Shown: positions 1 through 10,140, numbered from the stretch's first letter. The stretch is 64,000 nucleotides of DNA from an uncultured Erysipelotrichaceae bacterium (GCA_902773675.1 CACYFN010000003.1:3209-67208); one strand, 5' to 3'. A program made the numbers and translations. The notes: a model not told the origin generated them from the sequence alone.

Positions 1-795
1 TTTAGATGTATATATATTATTTAAATTATCTAATAATTCATTATTAATACCTATAGATTTTAAAAATTCTAAATATAGATAGAAGTCTTTCATATCTAAT
101 TTTGTAATATCTCCTTGATATAAAGTATTCAATAATAAAATCATATAACAATAATAGTCTGTTTGAATATTTGGTGTTATTATATCAGGATTAACTTCAT
201 CAATATTATATTTTTGATTAAAAATAATTCCTTTTCTTTTTAAACTTTGTAAATATCGAGTAGGACTTGCTTGATTATTTAGTATCTTAGAACTATCTAA
301 ATCAATAACTTTAATATCTCCATCATTAGTAACCATAATATTTTCTTCATGAATATCTCCAATATAAAAGTCATTAACACTTGTATATTTTCTTACATTT
401 TTCATTTTTTCTAAAACTTCTCCAATTTGTTTTAAAATTCTAATTTTTTCTTTGATATCAATTTTAGAATCATAAATAATTTGTGATAAATTAACACCAT
501 TTATAAGATCCATTGCATATCCAACAATTGTAGAATTAATAGAAACTAAACAATCAGGAATTACTAATTCATCAATATTAATTTCATCCTTATAATCAAT
601 TAATGAGTTGATAGTATACATTTTATTACTAAATTCTTTACCATTAGTAACAAAAAACTTTTTAAATATTTTATCTTCCTTTACCCATTTCTTCTTCATA
701 CTAAAATAGTATAAAATTGCTTCAGTATTAAGACATTTGATATCATATTTTCTTAAATTATTAGCTCGTTGTTGAGAAATATTAACTATTTTCAT
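1..795 (-). CDS. Protein-kinase-like / phosphotransferase-fold protein (APH/CotS-like), 3' end truncated by the window edge
   Basis: Open minus-strand frame from ATG at 795 (GGGGGA RBS 8 nt upstream) to the window start with no stop. Contains an HGDxxxxN-like catalytic loop (IGDIHEENIMV) and a D-x-D (VIDLD) motif typical of kinase-like phosphotransferases. Absent from the ORF track because it is truncated. Confidence 0.45.
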   Translation of the reverse strand, partial: MKIVNISQQRANNLRKYDIKCLNTEAILYYFSMKKKWVKEDKIFKKFFVTNGKEFSNKMYTINSLIDYKDEINIDELVIPDCLVSINSTIVGYAMDLINGVNLSQIIYDSKIDIKEKIRILKQIGEVLEKMKNVRKYTSVNDFYIGDIHEENIMVTNDGDIKVIDLDSSKILNNQASPTRYLQSLKRKGIIFNQKYNIDEVNPDIITPNIQTDYYCYMILLLNTLYQGDITKLDMKDFYLYLEFLKSIGINNELLDNLNNIYTSK

Positions 796-861
796 AAATA
801 GTCCCCCTTTTTCCAAATTATTTTATCATAAATATAAAAAAAATCAAATTAAAAGAAGAAA

Positions 862-1188
862 CTATCTTTTTCTTCTTAACACCTTAGCTTCTTCTCTAGT
901 AATACCATGTTCAGATAAAATAGCACCCTCTAAATCATAAACAGGTATTTCTTGTAATTCCCAATTTTTCTTAATATATTTAGTTATATCAATCCCTACT
1001 TGCATAAGTCTTATATACATTGACATATATTCACTAGGTATATCTGGATTTATAATTAAATCTTCATTAATACCAATAAGACACATTGCATATTTAATAA
1101 CACGCATCTGTTCCATAGAAAATTGGCCACTTCTTTTAATAATTTCTAACTTTGTATCAATATCATATTTCATAGAATCACTCACCAA
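862..1188 (-). CDS. Hypothetical protein (108 aa), co-directional between tmcAL and the kinase-like gene
   Basis: ORF-track ORF. No recognisable motif. Tight spacing within a three-gene minus-strand operon. Confidence 0.4.
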   Translation of the reverse strand: MVSDSMKYDIDTKLEIIKRSGQFSMEQMRVIKYAMCLIGINEDLIINPDIPSEYMSMYIRLMQVGIDITKYIKKNWELQEIPVYDLEGAILSEHGITREEAKVLRRKR

Positions 1189-1197
1189 TACAATATT

Positions 1198-2367
1198 TTA
1201 GCACACATCATCACTATTATCAATAAAAATCCTTATTTTTTCCTTATAATCTTTATTTATATATAATACTTGTTTATCATAAGGTAGAATCATACCTAAT
1301 ATTGAATATATTTTAGAATCAATTTTAAGTAATTCACCTCCATTGGAATAATTAGATATAATAGGAATATTTATATCCTTTTTAATTCTTTTCAAATAGT
1401 TTTTACCATTTTCATTAAATCCTAATATTCTAATATAATCTTTAAAATTATTAACATCATCATTAGTAATATTTAATAAAATATAAACCATTATTCTCTT
1501 AATTCTATTATAAGTATAATTCTTACTTTTAATATTATTAATTAATTTATCTAAACTATTAGAACAATTAATATATTTATTTATTCTATTTTTAATCTCC
1601 TCACTCATTTCATAAATATTACTAATATCACTTGATATAATTCTATATTTAATATAATTATAATAATCATCCAAATATTTAATATCATTTAAATATTTCA
1701 AAGTTTCACTAGGTACATATTTTTTAATACTCTTTTTATTTTTAATAGCTTCCCTAATACTAGTCGCACTAACTATGTCACCATCTAATTCTAGAGAATT
1801 ATAATCATTAGTTCTCTTAATAACAATTGGTTCAATATTAGCTTTTTGTAACATTATTTCCTTAATATATCCAAGGCCTAGTATATCATTAGGAGTATTA
1901 ATATTAATGTTAGTTACATCATATAAAGCTTTACCGCATGCTTTAGGATAGTTTAACCCATTACTTAAATAACCTTTAACTAAAATATCAAAATCTTTAT
2001 TATTAATTTGTGTATTAGCTAATCTTTTTAATAATTCAATATCATTAATTTCACTACCAAATACTATTTTATCAACACCAACTTCTTTTAATAGTTTAAT
2101 TGCTCCTCGAGAAAATTTATCTGATGAATTACAAGCATAAATAAAAGGTAGCTCAATAACTAAATCAATTCCAAATTTTAAAGCAATACTAGTTTTATCC
2201 CATTTATCAATTATACTAATATCTCCTCTTTGTGTAATATTACCAGACATAACCAAAATAATATTAGAATCAGGATACATTTCTTTAATTTTATTTAAAT
2301 GATATAAATGTCCATTATGAAATGGGTTATACTCACAAATAATACCAATATTCACATCAATCACCAT
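1198..2367 (-). CDS. tmcAL: tRNA(Met) cytidine acetate ligase TmcAL (YlbM/UPF0348 nucleotidyltransferase)
   Basis: N-terminal EYNPFHNGHLYHL HIGH-like motif, MSGNxTQRGD and VIELP segments matching B. subtilis YlbM/TmcAL. Confidence 0.75.
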   Translation of the reverse strand: MVIDVNIGIICEYNPFHNGHLYHLNKIKEMYPDSNIILVMSGNITQRGDISIIDKWDKTSIALKFGIDLVIELPFIYACNSSDKFSRGAIKLLKEVGVDKIVFGSEINDIELLKRLANTQINNKDFDILVKGYLSNGLNYPKACGKALYDVTNININTPNDILGLGYIKEIMLQKANIEPIVIKRTNDYNSLELDGDIVSATSIREAIKNKKSIKKYVPSETLKYLNDIKYLDDYYNYIKYRIISSDISNIYEMSEEIKNRINKYINCSNSLDKLINNIKSKNYTYNRIKRIMVYILLNITNDDVNNFKDYIRILGFNENGKNYLKRIKKDINIPIISNYSNGGELLKIDSKIYSILGMILPYDKQVLYINKDYKEKIRIFIDNSDDVC

Positions 2368-2471
2368 AACTATTATATAAAAAAAATAAATAAAATACTA
2401 TATTTAAAAAAAAATATAATATATCTTTTAATTATTTATAAAAAATGATATAATTAACCATAGGTGATGGT

Positions 2472-3570
2472 ATGGAAATATTTGAATTAGTAAACACATA
2501 TGATTCTTTTAATAATCGTATAAATGAATTATGGAGGTCACTTTGACACTGAGGCAAAACAAGAAAAAATAAAAGAATTAGAAAAATTAACCAATGAACA
2601 AAATTTCTGGGAAAAAGAAAATAGTAATGATATTTATAAAGAATTAAACACATTAAAAAATACCTTAAATAGTGTTGAAGAATTAAAAACAAGTATTAAA
2701 GCTTCATTAGACACACTAGAATTATTAAAAGTTGAATATGATGAAGAAATGAAAGAATTACTAGAAAATGATATAAAAGATATTAGTGATAAACTAGATA
2801 AAATAGAACTAGAATTATTATTAAATGGACAATATGATAATTGTGATTGCATCTTAGAAATACATCCTGGAGCTGGAGGAACAGAAAGTTGTGATTGGGC
2901 ATTAATGCTTTATAGGATGTATACTAGATATTGCGAAAAAAAAGACTTCAAATATGAAGTAATAGATTATCAAGATGGCGAAGAAGCCGGTATAAAAAGT
3001 GTCTCAATTATGATTCATGGAACTAATGCCTATGGATATCTTAAAAATGAAAAAGGAGTACATAGATTAATTAGAATTAGTCCATTTGATTCAAATAGTA
3101 GAAGACACACATCATTCGCATCAGTAGATATAACTCCAATATATAATAATACGGATATTAACATAGAAATAAAAGAAAGTGATATAAGAGTAGATATATA
3201 TAGATCATCAGGTCATGGTGGACAAGGAGTAAATACAACCGATTCCGCAGTAAGAATAACCCATATACCATCTAAAATAGTTGTCACTTGTCAAAATGAA
3301 AGAAGTCAAATAAGAAATAAAGAAATAGCTCTAAATGTCTTAAAAAATAAACTATATCAATTAGAATTAGAAAAAAGAGAAGGCGAGTTGCATGATATAA
3401 AAGGAGAAAATAAGGATATCAATTTTGGATCACAAATTAGAACTTATACAATGCATCCTTATTCTCTAGTCAAAGACCATCGTACTAATACAGAAAATAC
3501 AAATGTATCCAAAGTATTAGATGGTGATATCGATGAATTTATAAATGCTAACTTAAGAAGAGGTGTATAA
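2472..3570 (+). CDS. prfB: Peptide chain release factor 2, with programmed +1 ribosomal frameshift (frame 0 from 2472 to 2543, then +1 from 2545 to 3570)
   Basis: The short upstream frame MEIFELVNTYDSFNNRINELWRSL ends CTT TGA C. The downstream frame carries the SPF motif (RISPFDSNSRRHTSF) and the GGQ motif (SSGHGGQGVNTTDSAVRITH). The ORF-track start at 2524 is an internal ATG in the shifted frame. Confidence 0.85.
2533..2547 (+). promoter_or_regulatory. RF2 autoregulatory frameshift cassette: internal SD-like GGAGG, 3-nt spacer, then CUU UGA C
   Basis: GGAGG (2533-2537), TCA, then CTT TGA C (2541-2547). Same architecture as the E. coli prfB recoding site. Confidence 0.8.
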
Positions 3571-4475
3571 TGTTTTTTAAAAAAAGAGAGGATTTTGATC
3601 CTAATATCATAAAAAAAATATATCAAAATAGCAGAATATCAAGATATATAACATTTACATTTGGTATTCTTTTACTATCTTTATCATACAATATATTTGT
3701 TATGCCAACTAAAATAGTATATGGTATGGGTGGAATAGGTGTTATACTTAAAAATTTATATAATGTAGATCCATCATTAACAATTTTAATAGGATCAACA
3801 TTTACTCTTATTCTTAGTTTTATCTTACTAGGAAAAGAGAAATCAATGCATTCAATAGTAGGAACATTTATGTATCCATTGTTTATAAAATTAACATCAT
3901 TTGTACCAAACTATATAGATTTAGGAAATCTTGAAACAATAGTTATAGTAGTATCAGGATCATTAATATCAGGACTTGGCCTAGGATTAGTATTTAAATC
4001 CGGTTTTACTACCGGAGGAACTGATATATTAAATCAAATATTTGCTAAATTTGGAAAAATGGGGATGGGAAAAGCAATGCTTCTCACAGATGGAGTAATA
4101 ATATTAGCTTCATTCTTTGTCTTTGGATTCTCTGTATTCATATATTCAATAATATCATTAGCTATTATAAGTTTTTTAACAGATAAAGTAATATTAGGAA
4201 TATCCCAATCCAAATCATTTTATATCATAACAGAACATGATACAACTGTAAAAAAATTTTTAACATATCAGCTAGGACATGGAGTAACTGTTCTAAATGG
4301 TAAAGGAGGATACACAGGAAATAATCAAAAAGTAATAATGTGTATCGTTCCAACAAAAGATTATTTTGTAGTAAAAGAAGGAATAAAAAGAATTGATCCC
4401 GAAGCATTTTTCTTAGTAACTGATGCTTATGAAGTATCCGGAGGATCAATAGGAGGTAATAATGGACTTAATTAG
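3570..4475 (+). CDS. YitT-family membrane protein (DUF161 with C-terminal DUF2179)
   Basis: Polytopic hydrophobic N-terminal domain with a GGTDILNQ segment and a soluble C-terminal DUF2179-like tail (VIMCIVPTKDYFVVKEGIKRIDPEAFF). Confidence 0.7.
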   Translation: MFFKKREDFDPNIIKKIYQNSRISRYITFTFGILLLSLSYNIFVMPTKIVYGMGGIGVILKNLYNVDPSLTILIGSTFTLILSFILLGKEKSMHSIVGTFMYPLFIKLTSFVPNYIDLGNLETIVIVVSGSLISGLGLGLVFKSGFTTGGTDILNQIFAKFGKMGMGKAMLLTDGVIILASFFVFGFSVFIYSIISLAIISFLTDKVILGISQSKSFYIITEHDTTVKKFLTYQLGHGVTVLNGKGGYTGNNQKVIMCIVPTKDYFVVKEGIKRIDPEAFFLVTDAYEVSGGSIGGNNGLN

Positions 4476-5157
4476 ATTACGTAATATAAATAAAGTATAT
4501 AAAAATGGTGTAACTGCCATCCATAACTTAGATTTAACAATTAAAAAAGGAGAATTCGTTTTTATAATAGGAAAAACTGGTTGTGGTAAAAGTACTCTTA
4601 TTAAAATGCTATACCGTGAAGAAAAGCCTACCAAAGGAAAAATAATTGTTGGTGGTATTGACGTAGCAAAACTAAGAAATAGAAAAGTTTATAAAATAAG
4701 AAGAAAAATAGGTGTAGTATTTCAAAACTACCAATTACTACCTAAATGTACAGCCTATGAAAATGTAGCTTTTGCACTAGAAGTATTAGGTCTTCCAAAA
4801 TCAAAAATACATAGAAAAGTAGTAAAAGTATTAGACTTAGTAGGACTTAAAGAAAAAGCAAAACATTATCCAAGCCAGTTATCAGGAGGTGAACAACAAA
4901 GAGTAGCCATAGCTAGAGCAATTGTAAATGGTCCAAAATTATTAATATGTGATGAACCAACAGGAAATCTAGATCCAAATACTAGTATGGAAATAATGGA
5001 AGTATTAACAGCTATTAATAAATTAGGAACAACAATTTTGATGGTTACTCATGATATAGATATTGTTAATAAAATGAAAAAAAGAGTTATTCTATTAGAC
5101 TCTGGAAGTATCAAGAAAGATTATAAGGAAGGTGAGTATAATAGTGAAAGCATTTAG
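4462..5157 (+). CDS. ftsE: Cell-division ABC transporter ATP-binding protein FtsE
   Basis: Walker A GKTGCGKST, ABC signature LSGGEQQRVAIARA, Walker B LLICDEPTGNLD. Immediately followed by ftsX. Confidence 0.9.
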   Translation: MDLIRLRNINKVYKNGVTAIHNLDLTIKKGEFVFIIGKTGCGKSTLIKMLYREEKPTKGKIIVGGIDVAKLRNRKVYKIRRKIGVVFQNYQLLPKCTAYENVAFALEVLGLPKSKIHRKVVKVLDLVGLKEKAKHYPSQLSGGEQQRVAIARAIVNGPKLLICDEPTGNLDPNTSMEIMEVLTAINKLGTTILMVTHDIDIVNKMKKRVILLDSGSIKKDYKEGEYNSESI

Positions 5158-6049
5158 AATTATCAAAAGAAGTATTAGAGATTCAATGAAAAGTGTATTT
5201 AGAAACTTTTCACTTTCACTTGCTTCAATATCCTGTATAACAATTACCTTAATAGTAGTAGCTATATCAATAGTATTATCTTATAATGTTAATAACTTTA
5301 CTGATATTATCGAAAAAAATGTAACTATGGTTATATTTCTCGATAGCGATGTTACTGATGAACAAATAGAAAATATTCAAAAAGAACTAAAAAAAATAGA
5401 TAATGTAAATACAAAAACAGTTAAATTTATTGACAAAATGTCTATTGCTGATGATATGATGGAATCATCTGAAATATTAAAAAGCGTTATGGAAGATTAT
5501 ACTAGAGAAAATAGCCCATTACAAGACACATTTCAATTAAAAGTAAAAGATATTAATAAAATAGATAAAACAGCTAAAAAAATATCTAATATCGACGGTG
5601 TTGATCTTGTAAAATACGGCGAAGAAATGGTAAAAAAATTAGTTAAAGCATTTGATGTAGTAAGAAAAGGATGCATCTATATAGTAATAGCCTTAATATT
5701 GGTAACAGCATTCTTAATATCCAATACAATTAAAATAACAATTTTCTCAAGAAAAAGAGAAATAGAAATAATGCGTTTAGTAGGAGCTTCTAATATTAAT
5801 ATTAAAATACCTTTTATATTAGAAGGATTATTACTAGGTTTACTAGGTTCAATTGTACCAGTTGTAATAACAATTATAGGATATAATGCCATATATGATC
5901 ATTTCGATGGAGTAATGTTTTCTCAATTTATAAAATTAGTAAAACCAGAACCATTTGTATTCTATGTATCATTAATATTAATTGGTATAGGAATGATAGT
6001 AGGTATGATTGGATCATATCGAGCAGTAAAAAAATACTTAAAAATATAA
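5132..6049 (+). CDS. ftsX: Cell-division permease-like protein FtsX (GTG start)
   Basis: GTG start overlapping the ftsE stop. One N-terminal TM segment, an extracellular domain, then three C-terminal TM segments typical of FtsX. Confidence 0.85.
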   Translation: MSIIVKAFRIIKRSIRDSMKSVFRNFSLSLASISCITITLIVVAISIVLSYNVNNFTDIIEKNVTMVIFLDSDVTDEQIENIQKELKKIDNVNTKTVKFIDKMSIADDMMESSEILKSVMEDYTRENSPLQDTFQLKVKDINKIDKTAKKISNIDGVDLVKYGEEMVKKLVKAFDVVRKGCIYIVIALILVTAFLISNTIKITIFSRKREIEIMRLVGASNINIKIPFILEGLLLGLLGSIVPVVITIIGYNAIYDHFDGVMFSQFIKLVKPEPFVFYVSLILIGIGMIVGMIGSYRAVKKYLKI

Positions 6050-6075
6050 TACCAAATTTTGGTATTTTTTTTATG
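6049..6075 (+). terminator. Putative rho-independent terminator after ftsX
   Basis: ATACCAA-att-TTGGTAT hairpin followed by T8. The stem is AT-rich, so it is weak. Confidence 0.4.
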
Positions 6076-6170
6076 TATATAAATTGTAAAAAAAATATTG
6101 AAATTTTTGTTAAAAGATGGTAAAATTAATCTAGTATAGGGGAATAAAAAAGAAGAAAAGGGGAATATAT

Positions 6171-7391
6171 ATGTATCAAGATATAGAACAATTATTTGCA
6201 GAAGCTAATAATTCATCTAATAAAATGGATGAAAATTTTTCTAGTGTACAAAATGAAAAAACATCATATGAAAATTTCAAAGTAGAAGAAAACAATAATA
6301 AACCAGATATTGATTCGTATTTAGGAAATCAAAATATTGTAGAACAACAAATTAATAGTTTCAATAGTTCTGATATCTTTACATCAAGTCCTAAGTATGA
6401 TAGTAATACAAAATATGATAGTAATACTAGTTATATTAACCCAGTTCATAATGAAAAGGTAGATCAAAAAGTATTTGAAGAACCAAAAAAAACAAAAAAA
6501 GAAAATAAATATGAAAAAATAACTGATATGAATAATCTATTTGATAACTTATCTGCTGATGTACAGGGAGCAACAGATTTTATAACAGATGTTATGTCTG
6601 CTCGAGATGAAATAAGTAGAGAAAAACGAAAGCTTGAAGAAATGTATGAAAAACTAGAAAATGAGAAAAAAGATTTCAATAAATTAATGAAAGCAAAAGA
6701 AGAAAAATTTGCTAAAGAAAAACTTGATTTTGATGAATTTGTCGAAACCAAAAAAGCCAATTTAGAAAGATTAGAACGTCAAACACAAATTGATATAGAT
6801 AATGCTAATATCGAACTTGATAGTAAGAAAAATGAATTAGAACTTATGAAGAGTAGATTAGAAGCAGAAAAAAATGATTTTGAAAACTACAAAAAATTAG
6901 AACAAGATAGCATAAAAGATGAATATGCAAAATTAGAAGAAGATAAAAATAGTTTTGTAGAATATCAAAAAGTAGTTAATGAATCACTTGATAGTGACAG
7001 AAAAAATCTAGAAGCCGACAAAACAAATTTTGAAAACTATAAAAAATTAGAAGAAGAAAAATTAATAATAGAAACAGAAAAGAAAAAACAGGAAATAGAA
7101 AAATTAGTTGCCGTTCAAAAATTAGAAGCAAATACATTTAAACAAGATAAAGCAGAAATAGAAAGAACTAAAGAACAATTTGAAAAATATAAAGTACTTG
7201 AAAATAATAAATTATATAATGAAAGAGAAGTACTTAACGCTGAAAGAAGACAATTTGAAAAATATAAAGAAACATCAGAAAAGAAATTAGAATTAACAAA
7301 TAAAAACTTAGAAGAAAAATATGCTGAATTTAAAGATGTAATTAAACAATTCAATACAAAATTTAGAAAAGAAGAAAAGGAAGAGGTGTAG
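6171..7391 (+). CDS. Repeat-rich K/E coiled-coil protein (no signal peptide)
   Basis: Long ORF with TTGAAA-17-TAAAAT promoter-like sequence upstream (6099-6127). It has roughly 40-aa periodic repeats of the type K-NDFENYKKLE/E or KTNFENYKKLEEE or EQFEKYKVLE or RQFEKYKETSE. Confidence 0.6.
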   Translation: MYQDIEQLFAEANNSSNKMDENFSSVQNEKTSYENFKVEENNNKPDIDSYLGNQNIVEQQINSFNSSDIFTSSPKYDSNTKYDSNTSYINPVHNEKVDQKVFEEPKKTKKENKYEKITDMNNLFDNLSADVQGATDFITDVMSARDEISREKRKLEEMYEKLENEKKDFNKLMKAKEEKFAKEKLDFDEFVETKKANLERLERQTQIDIDNANIELDSKKNELELMKSRLEAEKNDFENYKKLEQDSIKDEYAKLEEDKNSFVEYQKVVNESLDSDRKNLEADKTNFENYKKLEEEKLIIETEKKKQEIEKLVAVQKLEANTFKQDKAEIERTKEQFEKYKVLENNKLYNEREVLNAERRQFEKYKETSEKKLELTNKNLEEKYAEFKDVIKQFNTKFRKEEKEEV

Positions 7392-7394
7392 TTG

Positions 7395-8720
7395 ATGCCA
7401 ACAAATTTTAATGAAAATGATATAACAACAAATAATGATTCAAATTTTGAATTTGATGGTAATTTAGATAATAATGATAATAGTTTGGTAAATGAATTTA
7501 ACGCTCAAGATGACAATAATTTTGATTTAGCATCAATTTTAAATGATGATAGCTCTATAATGGATGATTATAATAATGGATTCTTATTTGATAATGCTTC
7601 AAATGATAATCAAGATGATTATAAATTAGATTTTGAAAATGGTGATAATAATACTGAAAATAACAATCAAATAGAAGATGAAGTTGTTCAAAATGAAGAG
7701 CCAAATAATAATGATGAAGAAATGAATCCAACTGCAGATAGAATATTCAATGATATTAAAAATGATAATTTTAATTATGAAACAATTGGAGAAAAATTAG
7801 ATAATAATGTTGATATAAACGATGATTCATTTATGAATTTTAATGTTGAAAATGATAATGAATATGACTATGATAATATTCCTATAAATGAAAGTTTATT
7901 TAGTAGTAATTTTAATGAAAATCAAAACGAAACTATAGAAGATAATAATGAAGAACAATCAAATGAGTATAATGAAGATGAGGATAACTCACTAGAAAAT
8001 ATTAAAATTGATACAATCGAAGAAGAAAATGAAGATAATACATCAGAAAAAAATGAACCAACAATAGATAGCAAACAAGAAGAAAAAGAAGATTTCTATA
8101 AAGAAATGGATAATTCAATTGAAGATTTGAAAGCTAATACAGATTTTACAATCAATGAAAATGAAAATGTTTTATCAGATATAAATAATCTATTTGCTAA
8201 AGTAAATAATAATGTTAAAGAAGCGAGTGATATATTTAATCGTAATGTCGAAATGAAAAAAATACTTGATAATAGATTCGAAGAATTAAAACAATTACAA
8301 GCTGAAATAGAAGAAAGTAAAAAGAAAAATTATGATGAAATAAATGAATATAAAGAAGAAGTAATCAATAATCTTACTGAAAAGAAGAATGAAATAGAAG
8401 AAAAATTAGAATTACTAAAGAAAACGCAAGCAGATTTTGATAAAGAAAAAAATGAATTTGAAACATACAAGAAAGATGAAATTGATAAAATCACAAAAAT
8501 GCGTAAAGAAGAAGAAGAAAAATTTGATGCTCGTAGAAATGAATTAAATGAATTAGAAGATAAACTAAGAAAACAAAAAGATTTCTTAGAGGATGAGAAA
8601 AGACAATTAAGCTTAGATCAAATTCAATATGAAAGTGATAAAAATGAACTAGCCAACAATATGATTAAATTTAATGATATTGTATCAAAATTTACAAATG
8701 GCATTGACGGAATAAATTAA
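7395..8720 (+). CDS. Acidic N/D-rich low-complexity protein with a C-terminal coiled-coil paralogous to the preceding gene
   Basis: ATG at 7395 (the track begins at an in-frame TTG at 7392). The N-terminal 250 aa are dominated by N/D/E. The C-terminal 150 aa carry FDKEKNEFETYKKDE-type repeats resembling those in 6171..7391. Confidence 0.6.
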   Translation: MPTNFNENDITTNNDSNFEFDGNLDNNDNSLVNEFNAQDDNNFDLASILNDDSSIMDDYNNGFLFDNASNDNQDDYKLDFENGDNNTENNNQIEDEVVQNEEPNNNDEEMNPTADRIFNDIKNDNFNYETIGEKLDNNVDINDDSFMNFNVENDNEYDYDNIPINESLFSSNFNENQNETIEDNNEEQSNEYNEDEDNSLENIKIDTIEEENEDNTSEKNEPTIDSKQEEKEDFYKEMDNSIEDLKANTDFTINENENVLSDINNLFAKVNNNVKEASDIFNRNVEMKKILDNRFEELKQLQAEIEESKKKNYDEINEYKEEVINNLTEKKNEIEEKLELLKKTQADFDKEKNEFETYKKDEIDKITKMRKEEEEKFDARRNELNELEDKLRKQKDFLEDEKRQLSLDQIQYESDKNELANNMIKFNDIVSKFTNGIDGIN

Positions 8721-8773
8721 CAATAATTGTTAATTTTTTTCTGTTTCATGGTATAATAAATTAGGGGATAGCT

Positions 8774-9661
8774 ATGAATAATACAGTAAAAAAATTTTTA
8801 GATTATTTAAAATATGAAAGGAACTATTCTGATAATACTATAATTGGATATCATAATCATTTAACACTTTTTACAAACTTTATATACATAAAAAAAATAA
8901 ATAATATTAATGATATAGATTATAATATTATCCGTAATTATATAAATTATTTATATGAAAATAATTATAGCCCAAAAAGCATATGTAATCATATAAGTTC
9001 CTTACGTAGCTTTTTTAAATATTTAAAAAATGAAGAACTTATAAAAAATAATCCAATGATATTAATAGAAAATCCAAAATTAGAAAAAAAGTTGCCTAAA
9101 TATTTATACTATGAAGATTTAGAAAAAATACTAAATACTCCTGATTTAAATACAAATACAGGAATTCGTGATGCATTAATCTTAGAACTATTATATGTAA
9201 CAGGAATACGTGTAAGTGAACTTGTAAACATAAAAATACAAGATATAGATATATCAAATCAAAAAATTAAAATAACCGGAAAAGGTAATAAACAAAGAAT
9301 AGTAATGTATGGAAAAAAATGTCAAGAGTTACTAGATAAATATTTAAACATTAGAAACTTATTATTAAAAGATAATAATGATTACTTAATACTAGGAGTA
9401 AAAGGAAAAAAAATTAATGATCGTGTAATAAGAAATATTATAAATAATCTATCCATAAAAGCAGGATTAAACTTAAAAATATCACCTCATACATTTCGGC
9501 ATACATTTGCTACCCATATGTTAAATGAAGGAGCAGATCTACGTAGTGTACAAGAATTATTAGGCCATGAAAATCTATCAACAACAACCATTTATACCCA
9601 TGTAACAAATGAAAGATTAAGGAACGTTTATCTTCATTCTCATCCAAGAGCTAGGGGGTAA
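8774..9661 (+). CDS. Tyrosine site-specific recombinase, XerC/XerD family
   Basis: C-terminal catalytic region HTFRHTFATHMLNEGADLRSVQELLGHENLSTTTIYTHV with conserved R, H-x-x-R and Y. Extended -10 TGgTATAAT sits just upstream (8745-8753). Confidence 0.8.
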   Translation: MNNTVKKFLDYLKYERNYSDNTIIGYHNHLTLFTNFIYIKKINNINDIDYNIIRNYINYLYENNYSPKSICNHISSLRSFFKYLKNEELIKNNPMILIENPKLEKKLPKYLYYEDLEKILNTPDLNTNTGIRDALILELLYVTGIRVSELVNIKIQDIDISNQKIKITGKGNKQRIVMYGKKCQELLDKYLNIRNLLLKDNNDYLILGVKGKKINDRVIRNIINNLSIKAGLNLKISPHTFRHTFATHMLNEGADLRSVQELLGHENLSTTTIYTHVTNERLRNVYLHSHPRARG

Positions 9662-9663
9662 CT

Positions 9664-10140
9664 ATGTATAAAGATGAAATAAAAGACTTAAAACAAGCAA
9701 AAAAAGAAGCTTTAAATATATTTTATAAAGATTATATTAATATTTATATAAAACTATTAATAGGATATCCTAATTTAAAAAAAGAAAGAAATATTTTAAA
9801 ATACCTATATAAACAATATATAAAATTTGATAATAATGAAACAGAAGTACTTAATTTAATAAGTAAAATTCATGGTAATAAAGAAAATATTGATTTAATA
9901 GATAATCTATTAGACGAATTTGATAAAATATTCGAAAATTATTATGACTATCTTAGTGAGTGTCTATATGGCTATGAATCAACAATTAATGACGATATTA
10001 TAAATATAATTATTAATAGGATAAAAGGTGATTATTTAAAAATAGATAATGAAAGATATAGAATGAAATTACCTAAAATAGGTAAAACATTTAATAATGA
10101 ATATAAAGAAAAGATATTAAAACAAATAAGGAGTATATAA
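9664..10140 (+). CDS. Hypothetical K/Y-rich protein (158 aa)
   Basis: ORF tightly coupled between the Xer-type recombinase gene and tdk. No recognisable motif. Confidence 0.45.
   Translation: MYKDEIKDLKQAKKEALNIFYKDYINIYIKLLIGYPNLKKERNILKYLYKQYIKFDNNETEVLNLISKIHGNKENIDLIDNLLDEFDKIFENYYDYLSECLYGYESTINDDIINIIINRIKGDYLKIDNERYRMKLPKIGKTFNNEYKEKILKQIRSI

Noticed and set aside
2432-2852. Minus-strand ORFs (2432..2692, 2634..2852) overlapping the prfB 5' region
   Set aside because: They are antisense to the strongly supported RF2 gene and its frameshift cassette. They are low-complexity (F/L/S/I-rich), typical of antisense frames in AT-rich coding DNA. The same applies to the other short antisense ORFs in the track inside ppdK, tex, the polysaccharide genes and elsewhere (for example 11936..12469, 12566..12970, 20546..20995, 43487..43741, 60175..60711).
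8774-9661. Xer-type tyrosine recombinase considered as a marker of an integrated mobile element
   Set aside because: There are no adjacent cargo, att-like repeats or phage genes. The recombinase lies in a housekeeping context (ftsEX … tdk, ppdK) with XerC/XerD-like length and motifs. It is most simply chromosomal dimer-resolution Xer. It is about 5 kb from the ppdK-end islets and not obviously linked to them.
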